Below, one piece after another: positions 18,195 to 27,851 of a stretch of 64,000 nucleotides of DNA. Source of the DNA: Bacillota bacterium (GTDB taxonomy: Bacteria > Bacillota > Clostridia > Christensenellales > SZUA-584); NCBI GenBank assembly GCA_023428025.1, contig JAEYZN010000031.1, forward strand, positions 8,948-72,947, given 5' to 3'. The notes under the pieces are model-generated. The model did no database searches and was not told the origin of the DNA. It was given only the letters and a program-made list of their open reading frames with translations. The stretch's first letter is position 1; each line of letters opens with the position of its first letter. Made by a program: the position numbers and the translations under genes.

Positions 18195-19115
18195 ATGATG
18201 AAGATGGTCAGGTTAAAGAGCATAACTCAGCTAAAATGGCTGGCACTTCTAATCATTCTCGTACTCTGTTCTTCTTGCACTGTACAGAATGAAGGATACC
18301 AACACGTTGTCGGGGTTTCGCTCAATCAGATAAATGATATTTGGAACAGCGAGTTTTGCTCTGCTCTGTTATTAAACAGCAAAAGCGACGAAACGATTAA
18401 CTTTGTGTTTATGGACGCCGCTGGAGACGTGATTCGCCAGAAACAAGATATTGAAAAGCTTATGGATATGGAGGTGGATGCGCTGATTATTGTCCCGGAG
18501 AACATAGATTTTCTGGAAGACATATTATATGAGGCGATTGATCATGAGTGCATTGTGGGCATAGTCGGAAAACTGGTACAGGATGAGGAAATATATACGT
18601 TCAACGTCTATCCGGACAACCCCCGTATTGGGTTTCTCGCTGGACAGTATATGGCGGATAAACTGGATGGCAGCGGTCATATATTGGAAGTGCTTGGCGA
18701 GGAAGATTTGCTGAAAACACAAGAGATTACGGCAGGATTTAGAGAAGCGCTTCAAAACCACGAAGGTATTAAAGTCCCATATGTTCTTGTGGGGAAGGAT
18801 TCGAGGGATACAGTGAAAGAACGGGTTGTGGAAATTTTTCTGAAGGAACCTTTTACGGATGCTGTTTTTGCGCATTCAGACGCAATGGCATGGGGCGCAA
18901 GAATAGCGCTTGATAACCTTGGGCAGACTGCGCTCGTTGTAGGTGTGGGATGGGGAAATAAGGCCGATGCGAAAGCCTTAATTGACAAAGGGGCGATTGA
19001 TGCGGCCGTTTATATATCCACGGGTGCTAGCGAAACATTCGCGCAGATTCAAAAAGCAATTAACGGACAAGATGTAACCAAAAAGATTAAAATACAACCT
19101 GTCGTGATTCACTGA
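18195..19115 (+). CDS. periplasmic sugar-binding-like lipoprotein, probable ligand sensor for the two-component system
   Basis: 306 aa. Lipobox LCSSC/TVQ with a type-I PBP-like body. The start abuts the response-regulator stop (TGAATG). No permease or ATPase follows it. Confidence 0.65.
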   Translation: MMKMVRLKSITQLKWLALLIILVLCSSCTVQNEGYQHVVGVSLNQINDIWNSEFCSALLLNSKSDETINFVFMDAAGDVIRQKQDIEKLMDMEVDALIIVPENIDFLEDILYEAIDHECIVGIVGKLVQDEEIYTFNVYPDNPRIGFLAGQYMADKLDGSGHILEVLGEEDLLKTQEITAGFREALQNHEGIKVPYVLVGKDSRDTVKERVVEIFLKEPFTDAVFAHSDAMAWGARIALDNLGQTALVVGVGWGNKADAKALIDKGAIDAAVYISTGASETFAQIQKAINGQDVTKKIKIQPVVIH

Positions 19116-19184
19116 ACATGTTTAAATGTTTAAACCGTCAGCGTGTTTATTCTGTGTGCACGTGAATTGTTATGATTACCCTTT

Positions 19185-19273
19185 TTGCAAAAAAACAAAC
19201 AATACACGCAAAATAGTATAAAGACTTCCCCGTTGATCATTTCTATAATCTAACTGAAGTGATTGTTAATCAC
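19185..19273 (+). promoter_or_regulatory. candidate activator-dependent promoter P1 (upstream of rhaM-like operon)
   Basis: GCAAAA direct repeats at 19187 and 19208 (21 bp apart), TAAAGACTT at 19219-19227, TATAAT at 19244-19249 and palindrome GTGATTgttAATCAC at 19259-19273. The same layout and spacing occur at 27892-27981. Confidence 0.55.
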
Positions 19274-19363
19274 TCCAAAGAATTATGAACATTAAACAAA
19301 GTGTTTCTATTTGGGCTTTGGTGTTTTATTGACATATAAAAAATGATACAAGAGGAACAGAAA

Positions 19364-19720
19364 ATGAAGAAGTATTGCATGGTTAATGTCATCAAACAGG
19401 AGTATCTGGTTGCTTATATTGAGGCGCATTTAAATCCATGGGAGGAACTGCTCACATGTCTTAAGGAGGCGGGGACACATGAAGAGTGGATATACATGTA
19501 TAAAAACCTTGCCATTCTTTTTATCGAATGCGAAGACATGGATATGTACGTTGAAAAATTTGCAAAAAGCGAGACGGGAAAGAAATGGCTCAAAAAAATG
19601 TCTGAATATCTGGAATTCACAGAATTTGCGGACGATTCAGGTCAGGCAAAAAATTCGCCCGTCAGCTTAAGAAAAGTTTTCGATCTCAATGAGCAGCTTA
19701 GGGGCCATATAATGGATTAA
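19364..19720 (+). CDS. rhaM: L-rhamnose mutarotase-family protein
   Basis: H.NPW.E....LK..G.H...IY, LFIE.E, W...M and NSPVSLRKVFDL parallel E. coli RhaM (HNPIWPEL..., NSPVSSELQEVFYL). ATG 19364 follows GAGGAA. Confidence 0.65.
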   Translation: MKKYCMVNVIKQEYLVAYIEAHLNPWEELLTCLKEAGTHEEWIYMYKNLAILFIECEDMDMYVEKFAKSETGKKWLKKMSEYLEFTEFADDSGQAKNSPVSLRKVFDLNEQLRGHIMD

Positions 19721-19792
19721 TAGCCGTTTCACGAAATAAATTTGCTGACGTTGAAAAATATGTTTGCCGGACCCGGCAGAAAGGTGAGAGAA

Positions 19793-21178
19793 ATGATGAC
19801 AATGAAAAAACCCAGAGCATTAATTGTTCCTTGCAGGTGGATAGAAGGAAACCCCGTCGACGTGATTGACGCTCAGATTAAGTCCGCTTTGGAATTAATC
19901 AATAAAGCAGACATCGATTACGATGTGACAGACATGGTGGTGTATGATAAAGACGCGAATTCAATAAGGCAGAAATATAATGCGGCCAATTATGACTTCT
20001 CAATTATCATTATACCGACTTGGCTTGAGCCAATGCTCCCCATAAGAGCGATCAAGGATTTCCTGAATAAACCCATTGTCGTGTGGGGGTTCGGGACATT
20101 TAATCAATATGGAAAGCGTGTGGATATGGGTTCTATTCCGGGGTCGGGCGTGTTAAAAGGGACGCTTCGGGAAATGGGAGTGGAACATGAATACTTGTAT
20201 TATCTCCCGGGCAACGAAAAGACCGATCAGATAATGTTGACCAGATTAAGAAAGATTGCAAATGTTGCAAGAGCCATTTCGATGCTGGACAAGGCAAAAA
20301 TTGCTTCCATCGGCTATCTTTTTGGCGGTATGACGCTTGGAGATATTGATACTACCAAGATGAACACAGTTTTTGGTCCGGAACTTATGGAAAAGGACTT
20401 GTATTCATTGATCAGGGAAATGGAATCAATTGACGTTTCCGGCCAGGATTATGCTGACACCAGGAAATTTGTTGAAGGACATTTTAAAGCAAGCATAGGT
20501 GACAGAATCGACAAGGCGGTCAGGATGTATATGGTTCTGAAAAACTATGTGGATGATTACAATCTGGCCGCGATTACAGTGAAATGTCATTTTGAGTTAA
20601 GTGTTGAATATGGACAGACGGCTTGCATACCTTTATCAGTTTTAGGAAACTCGGTCGTGGCCGCCTGTGAATCCGACATACCCGTATTGCTAACCCAACT
20701 GGTCATGACCTATCTTTCCGGGGGGAAGAGTTCAGCATATGTCGACCTTCATGAAATCTCAGAGAAAGGACTGCTGATCGGCGCATGCGGATATGCCCCA
20801 TCCAGCATGTGCATCGGAAAGAAAATTGCATGCGGATGCTGCAATCCGGGTGATCAGGCTTCGGATAATTCATATAACGGATACATAACGAATATGAGCC
20901 ACTTGGATAAAGGCAAAGTGACGATCGGTCGCATCCTGAAAGAAAAAGATGGCGGATTTGCACTGCACTATACGACAGGCGATGCGGTTGGTGATATTGG
21001 CCAAATGAACCAATACGGACTTCCCCAATTCGCCTTCACCGAGGTTGTTCTGGATTCCGGGGTCGACAGGTTTGCTCAAAGCCTGGGAAGCCATCATTAC
21101 GCGGTCGTTTATGAGGATCTTCGTGATGAGTTTGACCTGTTCTGCCGATATAAGAATATTAAAAATCTAAAATATTAA
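19793..21178 (+). CDS. L-fucose isomerase-like protein (FucI/AraA superfamily), specificity unknown
   Basis: About 461 aa. The VVAACESDIPVL block resembles FucI ATENDSLN, and the C-terminal half has the isomerase-superfamily layout. Paralogous by eye to the genes at 24841, 26405 and 11144. Confidence 0.6.
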   Translation: MMTMKKPRALIVPCRWIEGNPVDVIDAQIKSALELINKADIDYDVTDMVVYDKDANSIRQKYNAANYDFSIIIIPTWLEPMLPIRAIKDFLNKPIVVWGFGTFNQYGKRVDMGSIPGSGVLKGTLREMGVEHEYLYYLPGNEKTDQIMLTRLRKIANVARAISMLDKAKIASIGYLFGGMTLGDIDTTKMNTVFGPELMEKDLYSLIREMESIDVSGQDYADTRKFVEGHFKASIGDRIDKAVRMYMVLKNYVDDYNLAAITVKCHFELSVEYGQTACIPLSVLGNSVVAACESDIPVLLTQLVMTYLSGGKSSAYVDLHEISEKGLLIGACGYAPSSMCIGKKIACGCCNPGDQASDNSYNGYITNMSHLDKGKVTIGRILKEKDGGFALHYTTGDAVGDIGQMNQYGLPQFAFTEVVLDSGVDRFAQSLGSHHYAVVYEDLRDEFDLFCRYKNIKNLKY

Positions 21179-21201
21179 GAGCAACTGCCGTGCATAAATA
21201 C

Positions 21202-21237
21202 AATCAGATTCCTTAACTTGCATTAAGGAATCTGATT
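21202..21237 (+). other. perfect 15-bp intercistronic hairpin without U-tract
   Basis: aatcagattccttaa (21202-21216), loop cttgca, ttaaggaatctgatt (21223-21237). Lies between the FucI-like gene and rhaA. Confidence 0.8.
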
Positions 21238-21267
21238 CATAAATCTGTATGAATGGCGAGGAAGACA

Positions 21268-22527
21268 ATGGACGAAAAAAACGTAATAATAGGGTTCCAG
21301 TATGCGAAGGCTCTGTATGATGATCTTGGCATCAATGTGGAAGACGCGATGAAAAAAGCGGATACCATACCGGTATCCATGCATTGCTGGCAAGGTGATG
21401 ATCTGATTGGTTTTGATGGCATAGGTGAATTAACGGGCGGAATTGCTGCGACCGGCAATTTTTTTGGCCGTGCGCGGACGCCTGACGAACTGAGAAAGGA
21501 TATTGATGAAGCCTTAAAGCTGGCACCTGGAGAGAAGAAGCTCAATCTGCATGCATGTTATGCTGAAAAGCAAAACAAACATGTGAATCGCGATGAGATC
21601 ACCATAGAGCTTTTCCAAAACTGGGTGGATTGGGCGGCCCAACGGAATCTGGGCTTGGATTTCAACCCCACATTTTTCTCACATCCGATGATGGACGGGG
21701 ATCTGTCGCTGGCCAGTCCGAAGGAAGACAAAAGGAAATTCTGGGTCGAGCACGGAAAACGCTGCCGTGAAATTGGCCTAGAATTTACGAAAAGACTTGC
21801 AAAACCGTGCATAGTAAATTACTGGATGCCGGATGGCTATAAGGATAACCCTGCCGATACAGTCAGGCTGCGCGCTTTGATGACGGATTCACTTGACGAA
21901 ATATTCGAAAAGGATTTTCAGAGTACGCTGTTAAAGGAATCGCTTGAAAGCAAACTGTTTGGTTTTGGTCTTGAAAGCTATACCGTTGTAAGCCATGAAT
22001 ATGCGCTTGGCTATGCGATCACGAGAAATAAGTTGTATTGCCTTGACGCGGGACATTTCCATCCCACGGAGACAATAAGCTCAAAGCTTAGTGCGCTCGT
22101 GCCTTTCGTGAAAGGCATCATGCTACACGTCAGCCGCGGCGTCCGCTGGGACAGCGATCATGTTGTGCTACTGGATGACGAGCTACAAAGAATCATGGAC
22201 GAAATCGTCCTGAATGCCTATGAAGGCAGAGTCAACATCGGTCTGGATTATTTTGACGCATCAATCAATAGAATCGTCTGCTGGGTCATCGGTATGCGCA
22301 ATACCAGAAAAGCGATATTAAGCTCATGCCTCGCGCCCATAGAGAAGGCGCGATTAGCCGAAAGGAATGGGGACTATACAGCGAGAATCGCGCTTATGGA
22401 GGAAAGAAAGCTTCTGCCCGTGGGAGCGGTTTGGGATTATTACTGCATGACGCGAAATGTGCCGGTAGCAGAAGACTGGCTCAAGGATGTCAAACAGTAT
22501 GAATGCGATGTACTGTCAAAGAGATAA
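21268..22527 (+). CDS. rhaA: L-rhamnose isomerase
   Basis: PVSMHCWQGDD, LNLHA, LGLDFNP, ESKLFG.G.ESYTV, LDAGHFHPTE, HVSR.VRWDSDHVV.LDDE and GLD.FDASINR match E. coli RhaA block for block. Start 21268 aligns with the E. coli N-terminus. Confidence 0.92.
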   Translation: MDEKNVIIGFQYAKALYDDLGINVEDAMKKADTIPVSMHCWQGDDLIGFDGIGELTGGIAATGNFFGRARTPDELRKDIDEALKLAPGEKKLNLHACYAEKQNKHVNRDEITIELFQNWVDWAAQRNLGLDFNPTFFSHPMMDGDLSLASPKEDKRKFWVEHGKRCREIGLEFTKRLAKPCIVNYWMPDGYKDNPADTVRLRALMTDSLDEIFEKDFQSTLLKESLESKLFGFGLESYTVVSHEYALGYAITRNKLYCLDAGHFHPTETISSKLSALVPFVKGIMLHVSRGVRWDSDHVVLLDDELQRIMDEIVLNAYEGRVNIGLDYFDASINRIVCWVIGMRNTRKAILSSCLAPIEKARLAERNGDYTARIALMEERKLLPVGAVWDYYCMTRNVPVAEDWLKDVKQYECDVLSKR

Positions 22528-22573
22528 CGGCCTGAATTGTGAATGACGAGGCCATAGGGAAAGGCATTATTTG

Positions 22574-24112
22574 ATGAGGTACTATTTAGGGCTTGACAAC
22601 GGGGGGACAACGACAAAAGCCGCGCTCTTCAATCAGAAAGGCGAGGAAGTCTGCGTGGCGTCCACAGAAACACGGATGCTCATTCCGCAGCCGGGTTTTA
22701 TCGAGCGGGACATGGAGGAGATGTGGGGGGCAAATTGTCAGGTCATTAAGCGCGTTATCAAAAGCTCTGGAATCGATCCCAAAAATATCGCCGGCGTAGC
22801 AGTATGTGGTCACGGCAAGGGGCTCTATCTGTGGGGCAAAAACGGCAGACCTGCCCGTCCCGGTATTATTTCCACAGACAACAGGGCGTATGAATACCCG
22901 CTGCGCTGGAAGGAAAACGGAGTGGAGCCGCTTGCGTTCAAGCTATCCTACCAGCATATTCTCGCCTGCCAGCCGGTATCGTTGTTAGCTTGGTTACTCG
23001 ACAATGAACCGGAAGTTACAGACAATATAGAGTGGATTTTTGAATGTAAGGATTATATCCGATTTCGCCTGACCGGCGAGGCGTATGGGGAAATCACTGA
23101 TTATTCAGGAACCAGCCTGATCAATCTGTATACCGGAACGTATGACGACAAGTTAATCGGTCTTTTTGGCCTTGAAAAATTGAGGAAAGCATTGCCGCCG
23201 CTGCGTAGATCAATGGATATATGCGGCTATGTAACCGGGGACGCCGCCGCGGAATGCGGCCTTACTGCCGGGACGCCAGTTGCGGGCGGGATGTTTGATA
23301 TCGACGCGTGTGCCGTGGCGGTCAATGTGCTGTCCGAAAAGAACATTTGTATGATTGCCGGTACGTGGAGTATCAACGAGTATATACGCAGAGAACCGGT
23401 GGTAGACGGTTCCATCCTCATGAATTCGCTGTTCTGTCTGCCGGGCTATTATCTGATAGAAGAATGCAGTCCGACGTCGGCAGGAAATAACGAATGGTTT
23501 ATTAAAACGTTTTTGCAGGAAGCCATTAAGTTGGAACGAATTAACGGTGAGAGAATATATGACCAGATTAACGAAAATGTCGGGAGGATTCCGGCTCAGG
23601 AGTTTTGCCCAATCTTTTTTCCCTTTCTGATGGCGAGCAATGTGCACCCGAACGCCAAAGGATGTTTTCTGGGCATAAGCAACTATCATACGCGGACCCA
23701 CTTTCTACGCGGCATTTACGAGGGAATAGCCTACTCCCACAAGTACCACCTTGAGAAGCTTCTGCGTACGACTCCCGCCGCGCCCGAGAGCATACGTTTA
23801 GCCGGCGGTGTAGCCCATTCCAAGGTATGGACGCAGATATTTGCTGATGTGACGGGATTCCCTGTTGAAACCGTCAAGGTGAACGAGACCGGCGCGCTTG
23901 GCTGCGCCATCGCCGCGGCGGTAGCGGTAGGAGATTATGCTGATATTATGGAAGCGGCAGATAATATGTGTTCCATCGCACACGCTGTTGAGCCTATAAG
24001 CGCTAATATTTCAGCATATCAGGAAAAATATGAACTCTACATGAAATCTATATTTGCCCTTGATGCTGTATGGGATGACTATAGAAACCTATATGAAAGG
24101 ATGGTGATTTGA
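22574..24112 (+). CDS. lyxK: FGGY-family kinase, L-xylulose/3-keto-L-gulonate kinase (LyxK) type
   Basis: YYLGLDNGGTTTKAALF, PQPGFIERDMEEMW, ECSPTSAGNNEWF, FFPFLMASN and HTRTHFLRGIYEGIAYSH parallel E. coli LyxK (WLGLDCGGSWLKAGLY, EASPTSSGNLEWF, HTRAHLLQAIYEGVVFSH). It is unlike RhaB. Confidence 0.75.
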   Translation: MRYYLGLDNGGTTTKAALFNQKGEEVCVASTETRMLIPQPGFIERDMEEMWGANCQVIKRVIKSSGIDPKNIAGVAVCGHGKGLYLWGKNGRPARPGIISTDNRAYEYPLRWKENGVEPLAFKLSYQHILACQPVSLLAWLLDNEPEVTDNIEWIFECKDYIRFRLTGEAYGEITDYSGTSLINLYTGTYDDKLIGLFGLEKLRKALPPLRRSMDICGYVTGDAAAECGLTAGTPVAGGMFDIDACAVAVNVLSEKNICMIAGTWSINEYIRREPVVDGSILMNSLFCLPGYYLIEECSPTSAGNNEWFIKTFLQEAIKLERINGERIYDQINENVGRIPAQEFCPIFFPFLMASNVHPNAKGCFLGISNYHTRTHFLRGIYEGIAYSHKYHLEKLLRTTPAAPESIRLAGGVAHSKVWTQIFADVTGFPVETVKVNETGALGCAIAAAVAVGDYADIMEAADNMCSIAHAVEPISANISAYQEKYELYMKSIFALDAVWDDYRNLYERMVI

Positions 24113-24113
24113 C

Positions 24114-24812
24114 TTGCTGGAACAACTGAAAGAGGATGTGCTGGCGGCAAACCTGCTTCTTTCACGATACGGATTGATTGTTTTAACATGGGGAAATGTA
24201 TCCGCCATTGATCGAAGAGCAGGTTTGGTCGTCATCAAACCAAGCGGTATGGAATATTCTGAAATGAAAGCGGAGGACATGGTCGTTGTAGACTTGGACG
24301 GTAATATTGAAGAGGGCGTGCGGCGCCCGTCATCGGATCTCGCAACGCACCTAGAGCTGTACCGCAATTTTAAGAATATTGGGGGAATTGTTCATACGCA
24401 TTCAAGAATGGCTACGGCTTTTGCCCAAGCCGAACGCAGTATACCCTGCTATGGAACCACGCATGCCGATTATTTTTACGGAGAAATTCCAGTAACACGC
24501 AAGCTAACGCCTTTAGAAATAAAAAACGACTATGAGCTTAATACGGGTAAAGTCATCGTTGAATCTTTTAAAACCATTTGCCCGGAGCATATGCCTGCCG
24601 TATTAGTCAGCAAGCATGGGCCATTTACATGGGGCAAAAACGCTTTAAATGCGGTGGAAAATGCGCTGGTCCTTGAAGAAGTCGCGGAAATAGCATACCG
24701 CTCCATCTCTATAAGCAGTGATATCACACCTGCTCAAAAGGATCTGACAGATAAGCACTTTTTCCGGAAGCATGGAAAAAATGCTTATTATGGCCAGATT
24801 AATATCCAATAA
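24114..24812 (+). CDS. araD: L-ribulose-5-phosphate 4-epimerase (AraD/SgbE type, class II aldolase fold)
   Basis: MLEQLKEDVLAANLLL...LTWGNVSAIDR...VIKPSGM.Y..M...DMVVVD...PSSD..TH..LY...IGGIVHTHS...TTHADYFYGEIP is near-colinear with E. coli AraD. TTG start. Confidence 0.9.
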   Translation: MLEQLKEDVLAANLLLSRYGLIVLTWGNVSAIDRRAGLVVIKPSGMEYSEMKAEDMVVVDLDGNIEEGVRRPSSDLATHLELYRNFKNIGGIVHTHSRMATAFAQAERSIPCYGTTHADYFYGEIPVTRKLTPLEIKNDYELNTGKVIVESFKTICPEHMPAVLVSKHGPFTWGKNALNAVENALVLEEVAEIAYRSISISSDITPAQKDLTDKHFFRKHGKNAYYGQINIQ

Positions 24813-24840
24813 AAAATTATATTTAAAAAGGAGAAGGATT

Positions 24841-26340
24841 ATGAATATACCTTTAACCAAAAAACCCCTTCAGCCCCGAGTCGGAATTTATTCAGTCGGT
24901 TTAAAAGCCTATTGGCCGCAGTTTGAGGGATTACGCGAACGTCTGATTAGATATGGAAAGTTTATTGAGAATCGTATCTCCGCTGATGCCAGTGTATTCA
25001 ATTATGGGATGGTGGACTCATCGGATGAAGCGAGAAAAGCAGGGGAATGGTTTAATTCACATAACGTTGACATTGTGTTTTGTCATGCGGCAACTTATTG
25101 CTCGAGCGACTGCGTTCTTCCGGTTCATCAGATTTGTAAAGCGCCTTTTGTCGTTTTGAACCTCCAGCCGGCAGCAAGGGTTAATTATGCCAAAACCAGC
25201 ACTGGCGAATGGCTTGCTCATTGTGGCGCATGCCCGGTTCCTGAGTTTTCGAATGCCTTTAATCGAGCTGGTTTAGGTTTCGAATCAATCAACGGACTGC
25301 TGGGACTGGATAAGTCGCCCGAAATATCCGTGACGGACGAAGTTACGAATGAGCGCCCTGAGGCGATAAAAGCGTGGAGGCAGATACGCGAATATGTGAA
25401 GGCTGCAGGCGTTAAAAGAATGCTCCAGCACGCGCGGTTTGGCTTTTTGGGCAATACGTTCAACGGAATGCTGGACATGTACAGCGATTTGACAATGCTG
25501 CAGGGCCAGCTGGGTATTCATGTGGAAATCATAGAAATGAGTAATCTCTATCACTATTTTAAGACGGTCACAGACGAGGAGATAAAGGAAAAACAAAACC
25601 TGATCAACGATTTCTTTATCATTTCGGGCGATTCGGCCGCTGATCCCATTACAAAAAAACCAACCGCAGAACAACTGGAATGGTCAGCGCGGGTAGCAGT
25701 GGCTCAGGAAAAAATGGTTAGAGACTACGATTTGGATGCATTAACTTATTATTATCACGGCGCGGATGATGATATATTCGAACAAATACAGGGAGGGTTT
25801 ATCGTCGGTCATTCACTTTTGACGGCATCCGGCATACCCTGTGCGGGAGAAGGGGATATCAAAACCAATGCCGCAATGAAAATATGCGATTATCTTAATG
25901 TGGGCGGTAGTTACAGTGAAATCGTAACAACGGATTATATGGATGGCACCATTCTCCTTGGGCACGATGGCCCGTTCCATATTGCAATATCTAATAAGAA
26001 GCCGATTCTCAGGGGCATGAAACTCTATCATGGCAAACGCGGCCTTGGCGTTTCCGTGGAAGCGAAAGTGGCTCCGGGTCCCATCACCACCTTGGGTGTG
26101 ACTCAGAACCATGGGGGTTCCCTGAAAATGATCATCAGTGAAGGCGAAGCGACTGATGGGGAGATTATGCAGGTTGGGAATACACAGACACCTGTGAGAT
26201 TTTCTGTTGACCCCGACACATATTTCTATAAGTGGTTCAAAGAAGCGCCCACACATCATTGCGCGATGTCGGTGGGACACAATGCAGAACTGTTCACCAA
26301 AGTGGCGACAATGATGAATATACCCTGTTGCGTGCTGTAA
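24841..26340 (+). CDS. AraA-like sugar isomerase paralogue 1, specificity unknown
   Basis: 499 aa from ATG 24841 (AAAGGAGAAGG upstream). GIPCAGEGDIKTNA and LLGHDGPF blocks, which correspond to AraA GEGDWKTA / GSHMLE. Confidence 0.65.
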   Translation: MNIPLTKKPLQPRVGIYSVGLKAYWPQFEGLRERLIRYGKFIENRISADASVFNYGMVDSSDEARKAGEWFNSHNVDIVFCHAATYCSSDCVLPVHQICKAPFVVLNLQPAARVNYAKTSTGEWLAHCGACPVPEFSNAFNRAGLGFESINGLLGLDKSPEISVTDEVTNERPEAIKAWRQIREYVKAAGVKRMLQHARFGFLGNTFNGMLDMYSDLTMLQGQLGIHVEIIEMSNLYHYFKTVTDEEIKEKQNLINDFFIISGDSAADPITKKPTAEQLEWSARVAVAQEKMVRDYDLDALTYYYHGADDDIFEQIQGGFIVGHSLLTASGIPCAGEGDIKTNAAMKICDYLNVGGSYSEIVTTDYMDGTILLGHDGPFHIAISNKKPILRGMKLYHGKRGLGVSVEAKVAPGPITTLGVTQNHGGSLKMIISEGEATDGEIMQVGNTQTPVRFSVDPDTYFYKWFKEAPTHHCAMSVGHNAELFTKVATMMNIPCCVL

Positions 26341-26404
26341 ACAGGGATATGTCTGGAATAAAGAGAAAGGAGATATATGAAATATAATTCATATAAATAG
26401 TAAT

Positions 26405-27817
26405 ATGCAGTATTTAAAGGGTAAAGTAGGCCTGATGGCAATTGGCTTAGATGCATATTGGGTACAATTCGGCGATATGAAAAACAAAATATTGGGCTAT
26501 TATGAAAGCATTGAAAATAAAGTTTCGGAATATGCTGATATTGTTTCAGTGGGTTTGGTTGATAATGCCGAAGCTGCGCGCAAAGCAGCCGCCAGTTTTA
26601 GAACAGAGGATGTGGATGTGGTGTTCTGCCACTGCGCGACGTACTGTCCGTCTGACCGGCTGATATTAGCCGTCAAGGATATCGACGTCCCCGTTGTTCT
26701 GCTTAATATCCAGTCGGTTAAAGCGCTGGATATGAGCACGATAAAAGAAATTCCGGACTTTCTTTCGGATGGGTGCACATGCGCCTGTCTACCGGAAATG
26801 ACTGCGGCTCTGGCTCGCTTTTCGAAAAGATTTGATGTGATAACCGGATACCTTACCGGCGATGCAGAAACGAATCAGGCGCTTCAGTCCTGGTGCGTAG
26901 CAGCCTCCGTCCGCAGGTGTCTGCGGTACCGGAATATTGGCTTCGTGGGCCATGCGTTTTCGGGAATGCTGGATATTTATGTCGACGAAGTAGAACTGCT
27001 TAACACTCTGGGCATTTATACGCACCATATAGAATTCAACGATATCATCGATGAGGCCAAACAGGCGTCAACCACGGATATCGGCTTGTGGGACAAAAAG
27101 TTCGCAGATGTTTTTGGAAAGGAAGAACGGGGCGATATCAACGTGCTGTGCCGTTACACGGAAGCGCTTCAAAGAATTACCAATAAACTATCACTGTTTG
27201 GAGTGGCCTGTCACTATGCAGGAAATTATCAGGTGGAAGAGGAAATGGTGTCAGCATTGAACCCTGCGTTTTCCATGCTGATGAAAAGCAGAATCGCCTG
27301 TACGGTTGAAGGTGATATTCAGGCGGCTGTTGCCATGTTCATTCTGAAAAGAATACTGGGATCTGCAATGCTTGCCGAATTGTATTCGATGGATTTTAAC
27401 GATCAGACATGCATCATCGGACACAGCGGAGCGGGTGATCCGGATGTTTCCGATGAGACGCCTTTGCTGAAAGAATCAAACGTATTCCACGGCAGAAAGG
27501 GGAAGGGCTACCTGACCCAATTCTATCCGAAAGCCGGGCCGGTCACTCTGCTCGCACTTTCACGGGATGACCAGGGTTTCAAACTTGTTGCCGCCGAAGG
27601 GATCTGTGAGAAAGGCGCTACCATGTCCATTGGCGACACGAATTGCAGAGTCAGATTTGAGGGCGGTTTGCGGAATTTTGTAAATGAGTGGGCAAGCAAA
27701 GGCCCGTCGCATCACAGCGTGCTGGGTATCGGACATGATCTGGATACCATCAAACGGGTGGCGATGGTATTGCGCCTTCCGCTGAGTATCGTTACCGTCG
27801 GCAGCCTGGGTACATAA
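26405..27817 (+). CDS. AraA-like sugar isomerase paralogue 2, specificity unknown
   Basis: 470 aa. RIACTVEGDIQAAV and IIGHSGAGDP blocks. The N-terminus KGKVGLMAIGLDAYW parallels PRVGIYSVGLKAYW of paralogue 1. It has no SD of its own (see the mini-ORF finding). Confidence 0.65.
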   Translation: MQYLKGKVGLMAIGLDAYWVQFGDMKNKILGYYESIENKVSEYADIVSVGLVDNAEAARKAAASFRTEDVDVVFCHCATYCPSDRLILAVKDIDVPVVLLNIQSVKALDMSTIKEIPDFLSDGCTCACLPEMTAALARFSKRFDVITGYLTGDAETNQALQSWCVAASVRRCLRYRNIGFVGHAFSGMLDIYVDEVELLNTLGIYTHHIEFNDIIDEAKQASTTDIGLWDKKFADVFGKEERGDINVLCRYTEALQRITNKLSLFGVACHYAGNYQVEEEMVSALNPAFSMLMKSRIACTVEGDIQAAVAMFILKRILGSAMLAELYSMDFNDQTCIIGHSGAGDPDVSDETPLLKESNVFHGRKGKGYLTQFYPKAGPVTLLALSRDDQGFKLVAAEGICEKGATMSIGDTNCRVRFEGGLRNFVNEWASKGPSHHSVLGIGHDLDTIKRVAMVLRLPLSIVTVGSLGT

Positions 27818-27851
27818 GATTTGAGGCTCTGGAACAAAATAGACAACTGTC

